From Octopus bimaculoides (Eukaryota), in assembly GCF_001194135.2 (NCBI RefSeq), contig NC_068992.1:18776196-18815405 (forward strand): 39,210 nt of DNA, written 5' to 3'. The translations under genes and the position numbers were made by a program. Below the pieces are notes generated by a model that ran no database searches, was not told where the DNA came from, and was given only the letters and a program-made list of their open reading frames with translations. Shown in pieces: positions 35,022-39,210 of the stretch. How positions within the stretch are numbered: position 1 is the first letter of the stretch; each line of letters begins with the position of its first letter.

Positions 35022-36021
35022 TTATTCCCAATTACAAACACTCGCACATATTTTCTCTCTCGCTCTCTCTCGTTTTTTGTCTCTCTCTTTTCTCTATATC
35101 GTTATTTCACTCGCTCAGGTTTATTTTGTTTTCTGTCTCCCTTGTTTCCCTGTTTCTCTCTCTCTATGTCTTTGTCATGCTGTGAATATCTAGAAACCCT
35201 GTTAAAGCGAAAGCTCAATTTTTGGACGTGTCGGAATTTCTTTCAATAAAGTAAACAAATAAACAACAAACTATGAAATATCAGCTCGGAAGACAATTGG
35301 AATTGTTTCCCGTGTAGAAATCATTTAGTTTGTTCTCCGCTAAAAACGGCTGTTTCAGCTAAAATAGAAGGGTTAATATCAGATAATAAATAATAATCAT
35401 ATCACAGAATTATTTAGCTATTTAACATTCACGTAGAAACAACAGAGAAGATCAATAACATTAAATTACTTTCGACAGGAGGAATCGGTGATCAATCAAA
35501 CTTGGTTGTGGATGCCAAACATTGTGAACGAAATGGGAATACCAGATAGAAAAGAAATTCAAACTGCTCATAAATAAATGAGAATCACAGCATAGCAAAA
35601 ATAATTAGTAGCAAACTAAATGTAACTTTTGATGAATCACTACTCTGTAAATACAAATGCATTGCTACTTATTTATAAAACGAGTCGATGTATGAAATGG
35701 CCTGCATAAGGTGTATCTTATATAATTAGGCATTAGAACATTTGTATCATAGGGTGAAGAATTTGAAATTGAAAGCAACATTTATTCCATCACTAGGATT
35801 ATTGGCAACGAATATCTATCACAAATATTTGTGAAGATATTCATGATGCAAATGTGAAGAGAGAAATCTCATTAAGACCATAAATTCAGGGGCAAATGAA
35901 AATAAAATTTAATTTATTCTATATAGATTTCGTGGATAAACATTCCAATTATTCGATGACGTAAACTCAGCTGCTCAATAATTAGCTGTATAATTCCAAA
36001 TGCACTAATGATTTTATGCAG

Positions 36022-36057
36022 TACTCGAGTACTATAAAAATAACCGTGTGTGACCAC
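36022..36057 (+). other. Candidate 36-nt exon (YSSTIKITVCDH, phase 0-0)
   Basis: Branch-like CTAAT at 36005, acceptor ttttatgcag, donor cac|gtaagt; only frame 0 is open. Confidence 0.3.
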
Positions 36058-36642
36058 GTAAGTCATTTGAATTACGCCAGTACATCATTCATGAAGCTCG
36101 TTTATCTAGTTGTGCTCAGAAGGCATAAGTCGAGCTGATGCTATGTATAAAAACGAAAAGTTAAAAGATTGGTCATGTACTGAGAATAATATGCTGACGA
36201 ATTGAATAATCTAGAGTTTTGCTCAGTAGAAAAGAGGGAGTAAAATAAGAATAATATTTTAGGCAGATCATATGTTTTAGTAGTAAGGATATGAACAATA
36301 TTAATTTGCATGGATGAAGTATGAGCATCTCCGTTCGTCAACTTTACTGACATTCAAGATTGTCAAGTCAAAGCATATGAAGGTTTATTCCAACCTAAAT
36401 ACCAGAGGTTGTTGCCAGCGCAGAAAGTGATCTATAAAAATGTGCTGAATGCTGTTCAGATACCTGGGAAGAAGTATTAAGCAACGCCTATAACGGCAAG
36501 TATATTGGTGAAAATGGACGACTGGGGTAAGAGGACTAGCTTCCATGGGAGGAGCAAGGTACTTGTTAAATAACTTTCATACAATTGCGTGAGAGGTTTT
36601 CAGGTCTGTGGGCTACAGCTGGAAGGAGAGTGTCACATATTT

Positions 36643-36696
<54 letters not shown>

Positions 36697-36890
36697 AAAA
36701 GAAGAAGAAGAAGAAGAAGAAGAAGAAGAAGAAGAGGAAGGAGGAGAAGAAGAAGAAGAAGAAGAAGAAGAAGAAGAAGAAGAAGAAGAAGAAGAAGAAG
36801 AAGAAGAAGAAGAAGAAGAAGAAGAAGAAGAAGAAGAAGAAGAAGAAGAAGAAGAAGAAGAAGAAGAAGAAGAAGAAGAAGAAGAAGAAG
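36643..36890. repeat. (AGT)n followed by a long (GAA)n homopurine tract
   Basis: Directly visible; source of the poly-E/K/S/F/L ORFs. Confidence 0.97.
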
Positions 36891-38369
36891 CTGTGATCTT
36901 GGAGCAATAACAAGGATGAGAATAAGTATTATGAAAAATGTACAAAGATGAAATAAAACGAGGAAAAATGTTTTGGTAGTATTAGAGGCTGTGTCAATGG
37001 GAATGAAGAACACAATTTCAGGAATGAGGAAAAATGCGCCTAAAGATATCTGGATATGTCACTTTATCTAAGTGTAAATGTTTCCATGGTCGACTTCGCA
37101 ATATTATCCATTTGGGTATATGAATGAAATAAGTGTTATTATTACAGCCTAACATTAAAAATTAGCAATATTGTAGTAATTATAGATATGGAACATAAAG
37201 AAGAGGAGGGGAAAATATCAAAACAGAAGAAACAATAATCCTATCACAGAATCAAGGAAAAACATTAGGGAAACACGGGATGCAAGTGAAAATCCATCTA
37301 TGTATGATACACAGGATGTTGTGACAGATTATAGCTCTTTTAACTATTCTATAGATTTAGTGATATTTTATCTGAAATATTCCATATTTCTGGTCAGTAC
37401 TATGCCAGGCACCATATGGTACTGACAGATCTATATAGTCTACAGACGGAAAGAGAGAATTGTATATTGAACCAAAGAAACGGTATTGGTTAACAGTGAT
37501 ATGAATTTTTCGATAATTCTACTGACGTTTTATCAAATAAACGAATCTAAGAAGAATATTGATTGTTATACGAAATTACTTCGCCAGTGATTCTAAGATA
37601 TAAAAAAGAAAACAACGAAAATAAAAAGATATTAAAAGTGAGGAGTGTGGACACAGCAAAAGTTTTGACAACATTTACATATAATAGTATATATCATAAT
37701 ATGTTTGACTTGAATTTATAATAGTTGACCGCATAACCGTACAACACTTGGAACTCAAGTGTTGTACTCATCGTAAGAGAAGATTCCTAACTACACTGCA
37801 AAGCGTCAATGGAAAACTGGATTTAGCTGGTTCATATACTCCCACTCAAGCTCCGTTTTTGTTACGCAATACCAGATCCTATCGGCCCTTTCTCCTCAGT
37901 CTTCACATCCAACACTTTATATCCCACTACTCCATCTACTCTGAATACCATATCATCCTCTTCCTGCAGCTATTCATATCTGTTTGTCACTTCCAACAGC
38001 CATCCCTTGACTATTCACGAAAAAACCAGTCATCTTCAAGAAACATCTTCACTCCTCAGTGCAACCAAACTAATAAATCTATTCCTTGGAACATAACTTA
38101 TACTCAACATCTTAAAACATGATGCGTTGGCAGAAATGAAGGTTTACTTGATTATGCTCCATCCAGTATTAGATTTCGTATTTATTCTATTATATATTTT
38201 TTAAACATTTTTTACCATCATTGTTTAAATTTGCCTTTCATTCCTACTGGGTCGATAACATAATTTCCCGTAATTTACCAATTTAATGACATTGCTTGAC
38301 TTAAGAAAGATTACCTTTTCTCTACAGTTTTTAGATAACAACTTATATTATTGTTTTGTAACACTGCAT

Positions 38370-38382
38370 ATGATCATTATTA

Positions 38383-38441
<59 letters not shown>

Positions 38442-38520
38442 GTTATTATTATTATTGCAGTTATTGTTGTTGTCGTTGCTGTCATCATTATCATCATCAC
38501 TATTACTAAGATCATTATTT
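38370..38520. repeat. (TTA)n grading into GTT/ATC trinucleotides
   Basis: Directly visible. Confidence 0.9.
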
Positions 38521-39210
38521 TTATTATTTGGAACTTTTACAGTTCACATTATAACTAAGAAGATTTAGCAAAAAAAAAAAAAAAATTGAAATTGAAATAA
38601 ATCACTTTAATACCTAAAGTCAAAATAATTTCGTTTAAATTCTACTTACACACGCATTCATACATACAGACATATTCAAGCGGAGAGTCTTCTATCTTTC
38701 TATCTCTGTATCTACTTATCATTCTCAACTTCATTTTTCTTTATCTCACATTTTTCCGTTCACTTTTTCTATACACACACATAGAGAAAGACATATACAC
38801 ACATAGACACATCTAAACATACATACAACCATAGAGAAATATTACAGTTCACGCCAACGCATACGTGTGTGTATGTGTGTATGTGTGTATGTGTGTTTGC
38901 GTGAGTACACCTCATTCTGAACACATATATAATTTAACAAATCAATTGTCCTTTATATCAATATGATATAGATCTGTCAAAATATTATCAGGATTTCAGA
39001 TATGGTTTTCAAAACCAAGATGAAGTCAACGAATAGGGCTAACTCAATATTTATCAGAATATGTCAATAAGTATTAAATCTTTCGAACAGAAAAAAAGAG
39101 AATATAGGTCACATTACGCACACATACATTCTCACAAAGCAAATACACATACACGTAAAACTAGAGAGTCATAAACCAGCATACCCACGTATATATATAT
39201 ATATATATAT

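Noticed and set aside
35479-35577. WLWMPNIV after a good acceptor, resembling Cys-loop receptor loop A (WxPD)
   Set aside because: Lacks the Asp, reaches a stop without a donor, and has no other receptor motifs.
36608-37013. Poly-E/K/S/F/L ORFs
   Set aside because: Translations of (AGT)n(GAA)n.
37748-38122. 124-aa ORF MELKCCTH..
   Set aside because: TTG start and no domain; the opposite strand has only a faint mariner-like patch, too weak to call.

Overview
AT-rich eukaryotic genomic DNA from a draft scaffold with 6 N-gaps, dominated by microsatellites and decayed transposable elements. The repeat repertoire (two tRNA-type SINE families recalled from Octopus, dense TA/CA/TAA/TATG/GAA arrays) points to an octopod cephalopod; this is an inference from remembered repeat consensus, not a database result. 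No intact, recognisable protein-coding gene, RNA gene or CRISPR array is supported. Nearly all long ORFs in the track are artefacts of gaps or simple repeats. Recognisable coding remnants all come from mobile elements: mariner transposase fragments, an APE-endonuclease LINE (CR1/L2-like), R4/Dong-clade restriction-like-endonuclease retrotransposons, two Penelope-like RT fragments and an RTE-like LINE. The most interesting structures are: (1) an RTE-like LINE with the geometry of a twin-priming 5' inversion, later split by a young SINE with a 19-bp TSD; (2) head-to-tail R4/Dong copies sitting in (TAA)n arrays, one with a 28-bp junction duplication; (3) a decayed minimal hammerhead-ribozyme-like motif; (4) a SINE family with a shared head/core and three alternative 3' tails; (5) a few phase-compatible candidate exon sets of unknown function, all low confidence.
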